Source: Caedibacter taeniospiralis
GTDB lineage: Bacteria; Pseudomonadota; Gammaproteobacteria; Francisellales; Francisellaceae
Direction: 5' to 3'
Length of the DNA: 32,000 nucleotides
Assembly (NCBI RefSeq): GCF_002803295.2
Contig: NZ_PGGB02000002.1
Coordinates: 133,222-165,221 of the forward strand
This document shows positions 1-8,270 of the stretch, in pieces. The notes beneath the pieces were generated by a model. It worked only from the letters and a program-made list of their open reading frames with translations, searched no databases and was not told where the DNA came from. Position 1 is the stretch's first letter, and every line of letters starts with the position of its first letter. The position numbers and the translations under genes were made by a program.

Positions 1-303
1 GAGTTTTATACCTACGAGGCAAAATATACTAAGGAAGCAGGGACTTGTTATCACTGCCCCAGTGGAATTAGTGAAGCATTCGAAGAAGAGACTCAAGCAA
101 TTGCATTAAAGGCTTTTAACATCGTTGGTTGCCGTGGTTGGGGGAGAGTGGATTTCATGTTATCGCCACAAAATAAGCTTTACTTGATCGAGGTTAATAC
201 GGTGCCTGGGATGACAAATTTAAGTTTAGTCCCAAAGGCTGCACAGCAATATGGTTGGGATTTTGAAACCCTGGTGCTAAAAATACTCGAAAGTTCTCTA
301 TGA
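1..303 (+). CDS. ddl: D-alanine--D-alanine ligase, C-terminal part (5' truncated by window)
   Basis: Frame 1 is open from base 1 to TGA at 301-303 and reads EFYTYEAKYTKEAGTCYHCPSGI...RGWGRVDFMLSPQNKLYLIEVNTVPGMTNLSLVPKAAQQYGWDF. 'YLIEVNTVPGMT.SLVPKAA' is the Ddl ATP-grasp C-terminus. It overlaps the ftsQ ATG. Confidence 0.95.
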   Translation, partial: EFYTYEAKYTKEAGTCYHCPSGISEAFEEETQAIALKAFNIVGCRGWGRVDFMLSPQNKLYLIEVNTVPGMTNLSLVPKAAQQYGWDFETLVLKILESSL

Positions 304-1034
304 AGCTCAGGTTATATCTAAAGATCACGTGTCTTGTCCTCATGGTCGTGCTTCCATTGGCAGGAGTGCGTTACATCTTTAAGGAAAGTAGCGTGCATCT
401 GCAAAAGGTGAACATTCTGACTAAAGGAGAGCTGGATTATATTTCCAAACCCCAAATTATCAACTTAATTAAGCCATTTCAACAGGAAACCTGGTGGGAG
501 CTCAGAGTGAGTGAGGTTGAGTCGGCACTGAAGACCTATCCTGGAATTAAAGCGATAAAGGTCCAAAAAAAATGGCCAGATCAACTGACGCTTGAACTAA
601 CAGAATATCAACCCAAAGCTTATTGGAATTCTCAGAGCCAGATTTTATTGGAGAATGGTGAGATCATCGCACCCAAATACTTTACTGCCAAGACCGCATT
701 GCCCATATTTTCTGGAGATGAGGAAAATAAAGCGATTATTGCTGACAAGTACCAGGTCTTAGCAAAGATCGCCAGGCAGAATCGTTTTGAGCTGATGGAC
801 ATCAAGTATCAGGGGAATCAATGGCAAGTCGGTTTAAATACAGGTGTAAAGGTATGGTTAGGCGATGTGGATGTAGAAAATAAGTTGAGTGACTTGCTAA
901 GCAACTACCAAAATATAGAAGTTCCAAAAGGGCAAAAACTAATGAGTGTAGACATGCGCTATCATAGTGGTTTTGCCGTTGGTTTTGCGCCTGATGGCGT
1001 GGAAAACAGGAATACTGCAAGTGTAAAAAAATAG
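300..1034 (+). CDS. ftsQ: Cell division protein FtsQ
   Basis: N-terminal TM segment, then a POTRA-like region (HLQKVNILTKGELDYISKPQI, LKTYPGIKAIKVQKKWPDQLTLELTEYQPKAYW). Located between ddl and ftsA. Confidence 0.9.
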   Translation: MKLRLYLKITCLVLMVVLPLAGVRYIFKESSVHLQKVNILTKGELDYISKPQIINLIKPFQQETWWELRVSEVESALKTYPGIKAIKVQKKWPDQLTLELTEYQPKAYWNSQSQILLENGEIIAPKYFTAKTALPIFSGDEENKAIIADKYQVLAKIARQNRFELMDIKYQGNQWQVGLNTGVKVWLGDVDVENKLSDLLSNYQNIEVPKGQKLMSVDMRYHSGFAVGFAPDGVENRNTASVKK

Positions 1035-1070
1035 CTTTGATAGAGTTTCTGTCTATCACTAAGTGTGAGC

Positions 1071-1102
1071 TGTCGGTGTGACACTGATTACTCACACCGA
1101 CA
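1071..1102. other. Perfect 11-bp stem hairpin TGTCGGTGTGA-(10 nt)-TCACACCGACA in the ftsQ-ftsA gap
   Basis: Direct reading of inverted repeat; no U-tract immediately after it. Confidence 0.7.
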
Positions 1103-1140
1103 CGCTTGGGAGAATTATTTTCCCATGCCAATAAACGCAG

Positions 1141-1162
1141 GGGCGTATTAAATACGCCCTTT
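1141..1162 (+). terminator. Possible terminator/attenuator hairpin downstream of ftsQ
   Basis: GGGCGTAT-TAA-ATACGCCC followed by only a short T run (TTT). Confidence 0.4.
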
Positions 1163-1350
1163 GAGGTGGAAATCCTGGTAAAGCCAAAAAATATCAAGTT
1201 TACGGTGTAAGCAAGATTCAGTTTTATTGAATTTATGGTACAGTGGGCGCAGTTTATTAAAACCTTGGGGCAGGGTGGCGTCGTTGTCGTTTTTAGATCG
1301 TTGAACCAAGTAGAAAATGACTGTTTTTCCAGTCCTACTGTGTTTTCTGA

Positions 1351-1381
1351 TTGAAAAACAAGCGTGTGCAAAACCTATAGT
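1351..1381 (+). promoter_or_regulatory. Possible sigma70-type promoter for ftsA
   Basis: TTGAAA (1351-1356) and TATAGT (1376-1381), spacer 19 nt, which is longer than ideal; about 35 nt upstream of the ftsA ATG. Confidence 0.3.
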
Positions 1382-1415
1382 GCAATGCTAAAACAGGAAA
1401 ATGAGTATTTAGAAT

Positions 1416-2651
1416 ATGTCTGGAATCGTGGAAAAAAAGATACTGTGTGCCATTGATATCGGAACCTCGAAAGTTGTTGCTCTGGTTGCTGAAGTCAATG
1501 AAGATGAGCAGATCAATATTATTGGGATTGGCACACAACCTTCAAAGGGGCTCAAAAAGGGTGTGATTGTCAACATTGATGCTACTGTGAAAGCGATTCA
1601 AAAAGCGGCTCAAGAGGCGGAGGATGTGTGTGGATTTAATATCAAAGAAGCCTATATTGGAATCGCAGGAAGCCATATCCGTAGTTTTGACTCGCACGGG
1701 GTGGTGGCGATTGAGAGTTCAGAAGTTTCTCAGCAAGATTTGGATCGAGTGATCGATTCAGCAAAGGCCGTGCCGATGCCCGCGGATCAGGAGATTTTAC
1801 ACATTCTATATCAAGACTTTATGATTGATAATCACAATGGCATAAAAGAGCCGTTGGGGATGTCAGGGGTCCGTTTGGAAGCTAAGGTGCACATGGTTAC
1901 GGCTTCATCAAGCGCCACCCAAAACATTAAAAAATGTGTCAACCGTTGTGGTATTAAGGTGCAGGATATTGTACTGGAGCAGCTTGCTTCAAGCTATGCC
2001 GTACTGACAGATGACGAGAAAGAGCTCGGTGTATGCTTGATCGACATCGGTGGCGGCACAACTGATGTGGCTGTTTTTGTTGAAGGTGCGATCAAACACA
2101 CTTCGGTTATTCCGATCGCAGGAAGTCAGATTACGAGTGATATTGCCCATGCGCTACGTGTGGCAACCGATACGGCTGAGCGGATTAAAATTCAGTATGG
2201 CTGCTCAATGAGTAATCTTGTGAAATCAGATGATGCGATTGAAATTCCAGGTCTTGCAGATCGTTTGGCGCGACGCGTACCTTTGCAAACTTTAGCGGGC
2301 GTGATTGAAGCCAGAACTGAAGAGCTGTTTGGCATTGTCTATGAAGCCTTAGATAAAAATAATCTGCTGGAAGCGATTTCGGCAGGGATTGTTTTAACTG
2401 GGGGAGCCGCCAAAATGAAGGGTATTGCGCAGCTGGCGGAAGAGATTTTTAAAGTTCCTGTGCGCATTGGTGGACCAACTAATATTACAGGCGTTCAGGA
2501 TGTGTTACATAACCCCGTACACTCTACAGGTGTGGGATTAATAAAATATAGTCATATGCAGCTGGAAGAAGGGCAGCTTGCCTACGATGATGTGGTCGAA
2601 ACATCAGGCATGTGGAGCAAGATGAAAGGCTGGTTTGGCAAGCACTTTTAG
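1416..2651 (+). CDS. ftsA: Cell division protein FtsA
   Basis: Actin-like ATPase motifs: CAIDIGTSKVVALVAE, LIDIGGGTTDVAVFVEGAI, GIVLTGGAAKMKGIAQLAEE. Adjacent to ftsZ. Confidence 0.98.
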   Translation: MSGIVEKKILCAIDIGTSKVVALVAEVNEDEQINIIGIGTQPSKGLKKGVIVNIDATVKAIQKAAQEAEDVCGFNIKEAYIGIAGSHIRSFDSHGVVAIESSEVSQQDLDRVIDSAKAVPMPADQEILHILYQDFMIDNHNGIKEPLGMSGVRLEAKVHMVTASSSATQNIKKCVNRCGIKVQDIVLEQLASSYAVLTDDEKELGVCLIDIGGGTTDVAVFVEGAIKHTSVIPIAGSQITSDIAHALRVATDTAERIKIQYGCSMSNLVKSDDAIEIPGLADRLARRVPLQTLAGVIEARTEELFGIVYEALDKNNLLEAISAGIVLTGGAAKMKGIAQLAEEIFKVPVRIGGPTNITGVQDVLHNPVHSTGVGLIKYSHMQLEEGQLAYDDVVETSGMWSKMKGWFGKHF

Positions 2652-2695
2652 TTTAGATTTAAAGCTTAAATATTACAGTAAAGGAGTAATTTTAG

Positions 2696-3895
2696 ATGTT
2701 TGAAATTTCAGAATCGCTAACAGATAACGCGGTGATCAAGGTTATTGGTGTTGGTGGCGGTGGCGGTAATGCGGTTGAACACATGTTATCGCAAAATATT
2801 GAAGGAGTTGAGTTTATTTGTGCCAATACTGACTCCCAAGCCCTTAAAAATTCCAGTGCACGTCATGTGATTCAAATTGGTACTGAACTGACAAAAGGAC
2901 TTGGTGCGGGCGCTAATCCTGAAGTTGGTAAACGTGCGGCTCAGGAAGATCGTTCGCGTATTCAACAGGCACTAGAAGGTGCGGATATGGTGTTTATTAC
3001 GGCTGGAATGGGTGGTGGTACAGGCACAGGAGCAGCTCCAATTATCGCTGAAGTTGCCAAAGAGATGGGTATTTTAACCGTTGCAGTCGTTACTAAGCCT
3101 TTTCCTTTTGAAGGGCGCCGTAGAATGCAACTGGCCGAGTATGGCATTAGTGAGTTATCACAAAGTGTGGATTCTTTGATCACTATTCCTAATGCTAAAT
3201 TATTGAGTGTTTTAGGTAAAAACATCAGCCTTCTTGACGCCTTTAAAGCAGCCAATGGTGTGCTTCAAGGTGCGGTTCAGGGAATTGCTGAATTAATTAC
3301 ACGTCCAGGTCTTATCAACGTAGACTTTGCTGATGTCAGAACGGTGATGTCAGCCATGGGCGTTGCGATGATGGGAACAGCGACAGCGACAGGTGAAAAT
3401 CGCGCGCGTCAAGCGGCAGAAGCGGCAGTGGCAAGCCCATTATTAGAGGATGTAAATTTGGCATGGGCAGAAGGTGTGCTTGTCAATATCACTGCAGGCA
3501 TGGATATGTCAATTGGTGAGTTTGAAGAAGTGGGTGATGTGATCAAAGCCTTCACCTCAGATCAAGCGACGGTTGTTGTTGGTACGGTCATCGATTCAGA
3601 GATGTCAGATGAGCTACGTGTCACTATTGTGGTTACAGGTCTTGAAACAAATGTGGACAAGGTGGCTTTGGCTGGTGGTATTCACAAAGCAGCAAGCCCG
3701 TATTCACGCCAACCCGTCTCATTTCAGCAACAGCCAAAAATTGGTGAAAACAGTCCTTTTAATTCATCTAACATATTAAAGCGCCAAGCGCCTTCAATGG
3801 AAGTGTTAGAGAATGACAAAGAGCAAAAAACGACTGCTGAAGCGAGTGGTGAATATTTGGACATCCCAACTTTCTTGCGTCGCAAAGCAGATTAG
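2696..3895 (+). CDS. ftsZ: Cell division protein FtsZ
   Basis: [32 protein letters not shown]-terminal conserved peptide [14 protein letters not shown]. Confidence 0.99.
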   Translation: MFEISESLTDNAVIKVIGVGGGGGNAVEHMLSQNIEGVEFICANTDSQALKNSSARHVIQIGTELTKGLGAGANPEVGKRAAQEDRSRIQQALEGADMVFITAGMGGGTGTGAAPIIAEVAKEMGILTVAVVTKPFPFEGRRRMQLAEYGISELSQSVDSLITIPNAKLLSVLGKNISLLDAFKAANGVLQGAVQGIAELITRPGLINVDFADVRTVMSAMGVAMMGTATATGENRARQAAEAAVASPLLEDVNLAWAEGVLVNITAGMDMSIGEFEEVGDVIKAFTSDQATVVVGTVIDSEMSDELRVTIVVTGLETNVDKVALAGGIHKAASPYSRQPVSFQQQPKIGENSPFNSSNILKRQAPSMEVLENDKEQKTTAEASGEYLDIPTFLRRKAD

Positions 3896-3991
3896 AGGTT
3901 ATTTTGCTGTAGTGCAGTAGCCTCCTCCGAGCGGTAGTGCAGTAAAAGTACGCAACTCCAGTAACAAAAAACATTAACAAGGAGGTTTCCA

Positions 3992-5047
3992 ATGATGACA
4001 CGTGTTCTCCCATTCATCCTCTGTGCTGTAGGTTTTCTGCCGCTCTCAATTTCTGCTGCGAACCTCCTCACGGCAGATGAAAAAAATTTTAGTGCTTACG
4101 CATCCCTTACCGCAGTCAATGAAGCAACGCTTTCGAGCAAACTAGCAAGCAGCATTGAGAATATCTTCTTTCGTCCAGGAGAAACTTTTAAAAAAGGCGA
4201 TGTGTTGATCGCATTTGACTGTGAAGAAATACAGTTAGAGCTGGATAAAGCCAAAGCGGATTTCAAGTTGAGTGAAGCGGTGTTAAAAAGCACCAAGGAT
4301 TTGAGGAAGTTGAATTCGGCGAGTAATCTGGAAGTGGCTAAGGCAGAAGGTGAGCATGAACGTAATATAGCACAAGTGCGCTTATTACAATTCAAAGAAA
4401 AGCAATGCAAACTGACAGCCCCTTATGATGGTGAGACCATTGTACAAGAGGTTAATGCGCATGAGACGGTAAAAATAGGGGATCCGCTACTGACGATTGT
4501 GAACAATCAGTCCTTGGAAGTGGAAATCTATGTCCCTTCTATTTGGCTGAAGGACATCCATATTGGCTCTTCTTTCCAGTTGCACCTTGATGAGTTTAGC
4601 CTAGACAAGACCTTTCATGGAGTCGTCACACAAATTGTCGATCGTATTGATCCTGCCAGTCAATCTGCCTTAATTTATGGCAGGCTGCAAAATAATACAG
4701 GGCTTTTTGCAGGAATGAGTGGTGTTGCGCAATTTGAAGTTAATTCTCCAATTAACGAATCAGCTAAAAGTCCAGGTATAATGAGTTCTTTGCTACCTCA
4801 GGATATTATGTCGGTAGTTAATGATTGGAGCTACCCACTTTCGCTGCACTACCCCGCCTCGCAGGCTCGGCACCCCTTCACCAGTGAAGGGGAATTTGGG
4901 GAATGCGTGTCGCTTAATTCCCCTTCACTGGTGAAGGGGTGGACGCAAAGCGGACGGGGTAGTCTTCAAAACCAGCAAAAGTGCATAACTTCAGTGAGTG
5001 AAGCGCATATCAATTCCGATTTAATGACAAATACGAAAGGATCATGA
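3992..5047 (+). CDS. Periplasmic adaptor (HlyD/RND membrane-fusion) protein with signal peptide; C-terminal part contains an inserted palindromic repeat
   Basis: Strong SD (AAGGAGGT) before ATG; signal peptide MMTRVLPFILCAVGFLPLSISAA; lipoyl half-motifs (SSIENIFFRPGETFKKGDVLIAFDCEE ... CKLTAPYDGETIVQEVNAHETVKIGDPLLTIVN). Stop overlaps the next ATG (ATGA). Confidence 0.75.
   Translation: MMTRVLPFILCAVGFLPLSISAANLLTADEKNFSAYASLTAVNEATLSSKLASSIENIFFRPGETFKKGDVLIAFDCEEIQLELDKAKADFKLSEAVLKSTKDLRKLNSASNLEVAKAEGEHERNIAQVRLLQFKEKQCKLTAPYDGETIVQEVNAHETVKIGDPLLTIVNNQSLEVEIYVPSIWLKDIHIGSSFQLHLDEFSLDKTFHGVVTQIVDRIDPASQSALIYGRLQNNTGLFAGMSGVAQFEVNSPINESAKSPGIMSSLLPQDIMSVVNDWSYPLSLHYPASQARHPFTSEGEFGECVSLNSPSLVKGWTQSGRGSLQNQQKCITSVSEAHINSDLMTNTKGS
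4848..4963. repeat. 116-bp palindromic MITE-like element inside the 3992-5047 ORF
   Basis: ACTACCCCG ... CGGGGTAGT terminal inverted repeats. Internal perfect 26-bp inverted arms CACCCCTTCACCAGTGAAGGGGAATT / AATTCCCCTTCACTGGTGAAGGGGTG. Confidence 0.85.
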
Positions 5048-6387
5048 TCGTGCAGGATGTTTTGCTGAACTTATTATCCATACAGCAGGCGCTGAATAAA
5101 ATTAAAAAACTTCGTGAGCTTGCCTTCTTTATCAGTCATCAAACCAAATCAGTTATCGACTATGATCGAGCCATCGTGTGGTCAGTCAATCACTGGGATC
5201 ATCCGCATGTGCTATCCGTTTCGGGGGTAACACAGCTTGATCGCCATAGTGACTATCAGATTAAATTCGATCATTTTATTTCGCTGATCCTGAAATCATA
5301 TAAAACCACCAGCGACACCCTAATCATTAAACACAGTGAGGTGTCGGATAAATTGGCGGAGCTTTGGCCTGATAATTTGAGTGACAAGCTACTGCTGTAT
5401 TTTTTTAAAGACCGTCATCAACGCATCTCAGGTGGCATGATTCTTTCCTCAACAGATGGGTTTAATGAACAAACCACCAAACAGCTGGAGTGGCTTGTTG
5501 AGGCGTACCAGGAAAGCTGGCAAAGGCTGTCTCATCCAAGTAAGCTTGTGCATAAACTGCTGTTTTATTTCACCTTGAAACGTGCCATTGTCTGGGCGGT
5601 CGTATTGATCGCATTGCTATTGATGCTGGTCAGGGTGCCAGAGACGACAGTTGCTCCAGCTTCCATTATTGCCAAGGATCCCTTTATTGTCACAGTTCCT
5701 ATGGAGGGGGTGATTGAAAAAATAGAGGTATTCCCCGACCAAACGGTTGTTGCGGGGGATTTACTCTTTAGTATGGATAAGCGTGATCTTAAGAACGCTA
5801 GTGAGCTTGCTAAGCGTGAGCTTGCCACCGCGGTTGCCAAGTATAAAACGGCAATTCAAAGTGGTTTTGAGGACGTGAAAAAACGCGCAGAAATCAAGGT
5901 ATTGCAGGCACAAATCAGTGAAAAGGAACTGGAGGTCGATTACACAAGCCATCTGCTGCAGGAAGCCGATGTCAAAGCTGAAGTTGCAGGAATTATTGTA
6001 CTTGATAATAAAAACAGATGGATAGGCAAACCCGTGTCAACAGGTGAAAATATCATGCAGATCGCAGATAGTAATAGAGTCGAAATTGAGATATCGCTGC
6101 CAGTGGATCACGCTATTTTTTTCCACCCAGGTGACAAGGTGAAACTATTTTTAAATGCTGATCCCTTAAACCCTGTTTTGGGTACGATTGAATACAGCAG
6201 CTTTGAGGCAGCGATCGTGAATTCCAACATTTTGGCTTACCAAATCATTGCCAGTATTGACCGAAATCAAAGTGCTCCGCGCATTGGTAGCCAGGGAACG
6301 GCAAAAATCATCGGGAATAATGTCAGTCTGTTTTATTACTTGTTTAGAAAGCCAATCAGTAGTTTCAGGCAATTTACGGGGTGGTAG
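5044..6387 (+). CDS. GAF-like domain plus HlyD-family membrane fusion protein
   Basis: N-terminal ~180 aa GAF-like region (LRELAFFISHQTKSVIDYDRAIVWSV...), TM segment RAIVWAVVLIALLLMLV, then lipoyl/HlyD segments (VPMEGVIEKIEVFPDQTVVAGDLLFSMDKRDLKN ... AGIIVLDNKNRWIGKPVSTGENIMQIAD). Translationally coupled to the upstream gene. Confidence 0.75.
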   Translation: MIVQDVLLNLLSIQQALNKIKKLRELAFFISHQTKSVIDYDRAIVWSVNHWDHPHVLSVSGVTQLDRHSDYQIKFDHFISLILKSYKTTSDTLIIKHSEVSDKLAELWPDNLSDKLLLYFFKDRHQRISGGMILSSTDGFNEQTTKQLEWLVEAYQESWQRLSHPSKLVHKLLFYFTLKRAIVWAVVLIALLLMLVRVPETTVAPASIIAKDPFIVTVPMEGVIEKIEVFPDQTVVAGDLLFSMDKRDLKNASELAKRELATAVAKYKTAIQSGFEDVKKRAEIKVLQAQISEKELEVDYTSHLLQEADVKAEVAGIIVLDNKNRWIGKPVSTGENIMQIADSNRVEIEISLPVDHAIFFHPGDKVKLFLNADPLNPVLGTIEYSSFEAAIVNSNILAYQIIASIDRNQSAPRIGSQGTAKIIGNNVSLFYYLFRKPISSFRQFTGW

Positions 6388-7965
6388 ACCATGTTAGTCA
6401 GTATGAATAAATTACCACCCTTTCTTCCCCCATTGCGTGAGGATATTCATCTGCAAGAAGGAGGACAGGATTTTAATGGTGGACCCACCTGGATCATTCA
6501 CGACAAAGTCAGCGCTCAGTTTTTTCATTTGGGTTGGAAGGAATATGAAATATTGAGGCATTGGCAAGCCATTGCACCAACTGAGTTTCTCATCAAGCTT
6601 AAAAAGGAATCATTGGTAGAGGCAACAGAAGAAGATTTGGTAAAAATATTGCATTTTTTGTCGACAAATTGTCTTATTGAGCAAAATGTGGAAACTATGC
6701 AAAAGCTCTATCAAAAGCAGCATGGTAAGCAACTGAATTTTTTCCTGTATCTCGCGAAAAATTATTTATTTTTCAGGATTCCCCTTGTGCATCCGAACGA
6801 CTTTTTAGATAGAATCTACCCGTATACGCGCTTTATTTTTACGAAAAGCTTTGCATTGATCATGCTTTTTTTTGCGCTTATGGGGCTTATCCTTTTAATG
6901 AGAGAGTGGACACAGTTTACCCATACCTTCTTTGCATTTTTATCCTTTAAATATATTTTGCTCTATGCCATTGCCTTGGTGTGCGCCAAGAGTTTTCATG
7001 AGTTTGGGCATGCGCTCATGAGTAAGAAATATGGGCTTAATATTCCCTCCATGGGGGTGGCTTTTCTTGTCATGTTTCCCATGCTTTATACCGATACCCA
7101 GGAAAGCTGGCAGATCAAATCCCCTAAAGAGCGCATTACCATAGCTCTGGCGGGTATTATGATGGAAGTGTATATCGCTATCATCGCTATCTGGTTGTGG
7201 CTTTTCTTACCTGATGGGGCATTAAAAAGTATCTGTTTTTTTCTTGCTACCTATAGCCTTTTAACCACGCTGCTCATTAACATCAGTCCGTTTTTACGCT
7301 TTGATGGCTATCATGTTCTCTCTGATCTTTTATCCATGCGTAATTTGCAAACCAGAAGCTTTGCGCTTATGCGCTGGCGTTTACGTAAACTTTTGTTCGG
7401 CTTCAAAGATCCAGCACCAGAAGCCTTCACAGCACATAAGCAAAAAATTTTGATGCTATACGCCGTCGCTACACTTATTTATCGATTTGTACTTTTTTTG
7501 AGTATTGCTATCCTGGTTTACTATTTATTCTTTAAGATGCTCGGCATCGTTCTATTTGCGATTGAAATCATCTATTTCATTTTGCTGCCTATCTGTCGTG
7601 AGCTTAAGGTGTGGTATGACATGCGCGCGAACGTTCGTTTAAACCGAAATACCGTTATTTTAAGCGTGACTCTCGTTGTACTCCTGGGTGTGTTGTTTAT
7701 TCCATGGCAATCCACCGTCAGCATGCCTGCCACACTATCCTATCAAAGCCAGACGCTCTTTAGTGAGCTCCCTGCCAAAGTAAAAACCGTTAGAGTAAAA
7801 AAAGGGCAACAAGTTAAAGCAGGCGATGTCTTAGTAATCCTTGAATCCCCTGAGCTTGACTTTAGGATTCAAAAAACACGGTCGCTGCGAGCCATGGAGA
7901 GCGGAACGCGAGGGCGAGTAGACCCGGGTAGCCTTGCGCTGTTGATCAGCAAGCGACGTGCCGAA

Positions 7966-8208
7966 GGCGCCAGAGCGAAGTCTGTGAAACAGCTTTTACC
8001 CAAGGCGTAGAGTAGAATCGGAGGAGTGTTGTCCGTTCGGAATGAGCGTAGCGAATTTGTGAGGACATGCCGAGGAGGCGGACGGCAGGCGCCAGAGCGA
8101 AGTCTGTGAAACAGCTTTTACCCAAGGCGTAGAGTAGAATCGGAGGAGTGTTGTCCGTTCGGAATGAGCGTAGCGAATTTGTGAGGACATGCCGAGGAGG
8201 CGGACGGC
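7966..8208. repeat. Perfect tandem duplication, period 122 bp, two copies (7966-8087, 8088-8208)
   Basis: GGCGCCAGAGCGAAGTCTGTGAAACAGC...GAGGACATGCCGAGGAGGCGGACGGC appears twice, read as identical. Confidence 0.95.
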
Positions 8209-8244
8209 CCGGGCAAAATTTATACCGCCGAGGATAGCCGATTC

Positions 8245-8270
8245 GATTTTGTGTATGGATATACAAAATC
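8245..8270. repeat. Hairpin GATTTTGTGTAT-GG-ATATACAAAATC near the distal end of the insert
   Basis: 12-bp arms with one mismatch (G:T pairing possible). Confidence 0.6.

Noticed and set aside
802-1371. 189-aa minus-strand ORF overlapping ftsQ and the ftsQ-ftsA gap
   Set aside because: Antisense to conserved ftsQ over part of its length, low-complexity His/Ser/Leu-rich, no recognisable motifs; likely chance ORF. The same applies to antisense ORFs within ftsA, ftsZ, infB, nusA, rlmL, parC, dsbD, phoA-like and coiled-coil genes.
7966-8208. Direct repeats as a CRISPR array
   Set aside because: Only two contiguous 122-bp units with no spacers and no cas genes; simple tandem duplication.
7946-8266. 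106-aa and 64-aa minus ORFs (7946-8266, 7996-8190)
   Set aside because: Generated by the tandem duplication; both contain the same repeated peptide and lie in the inserted element.
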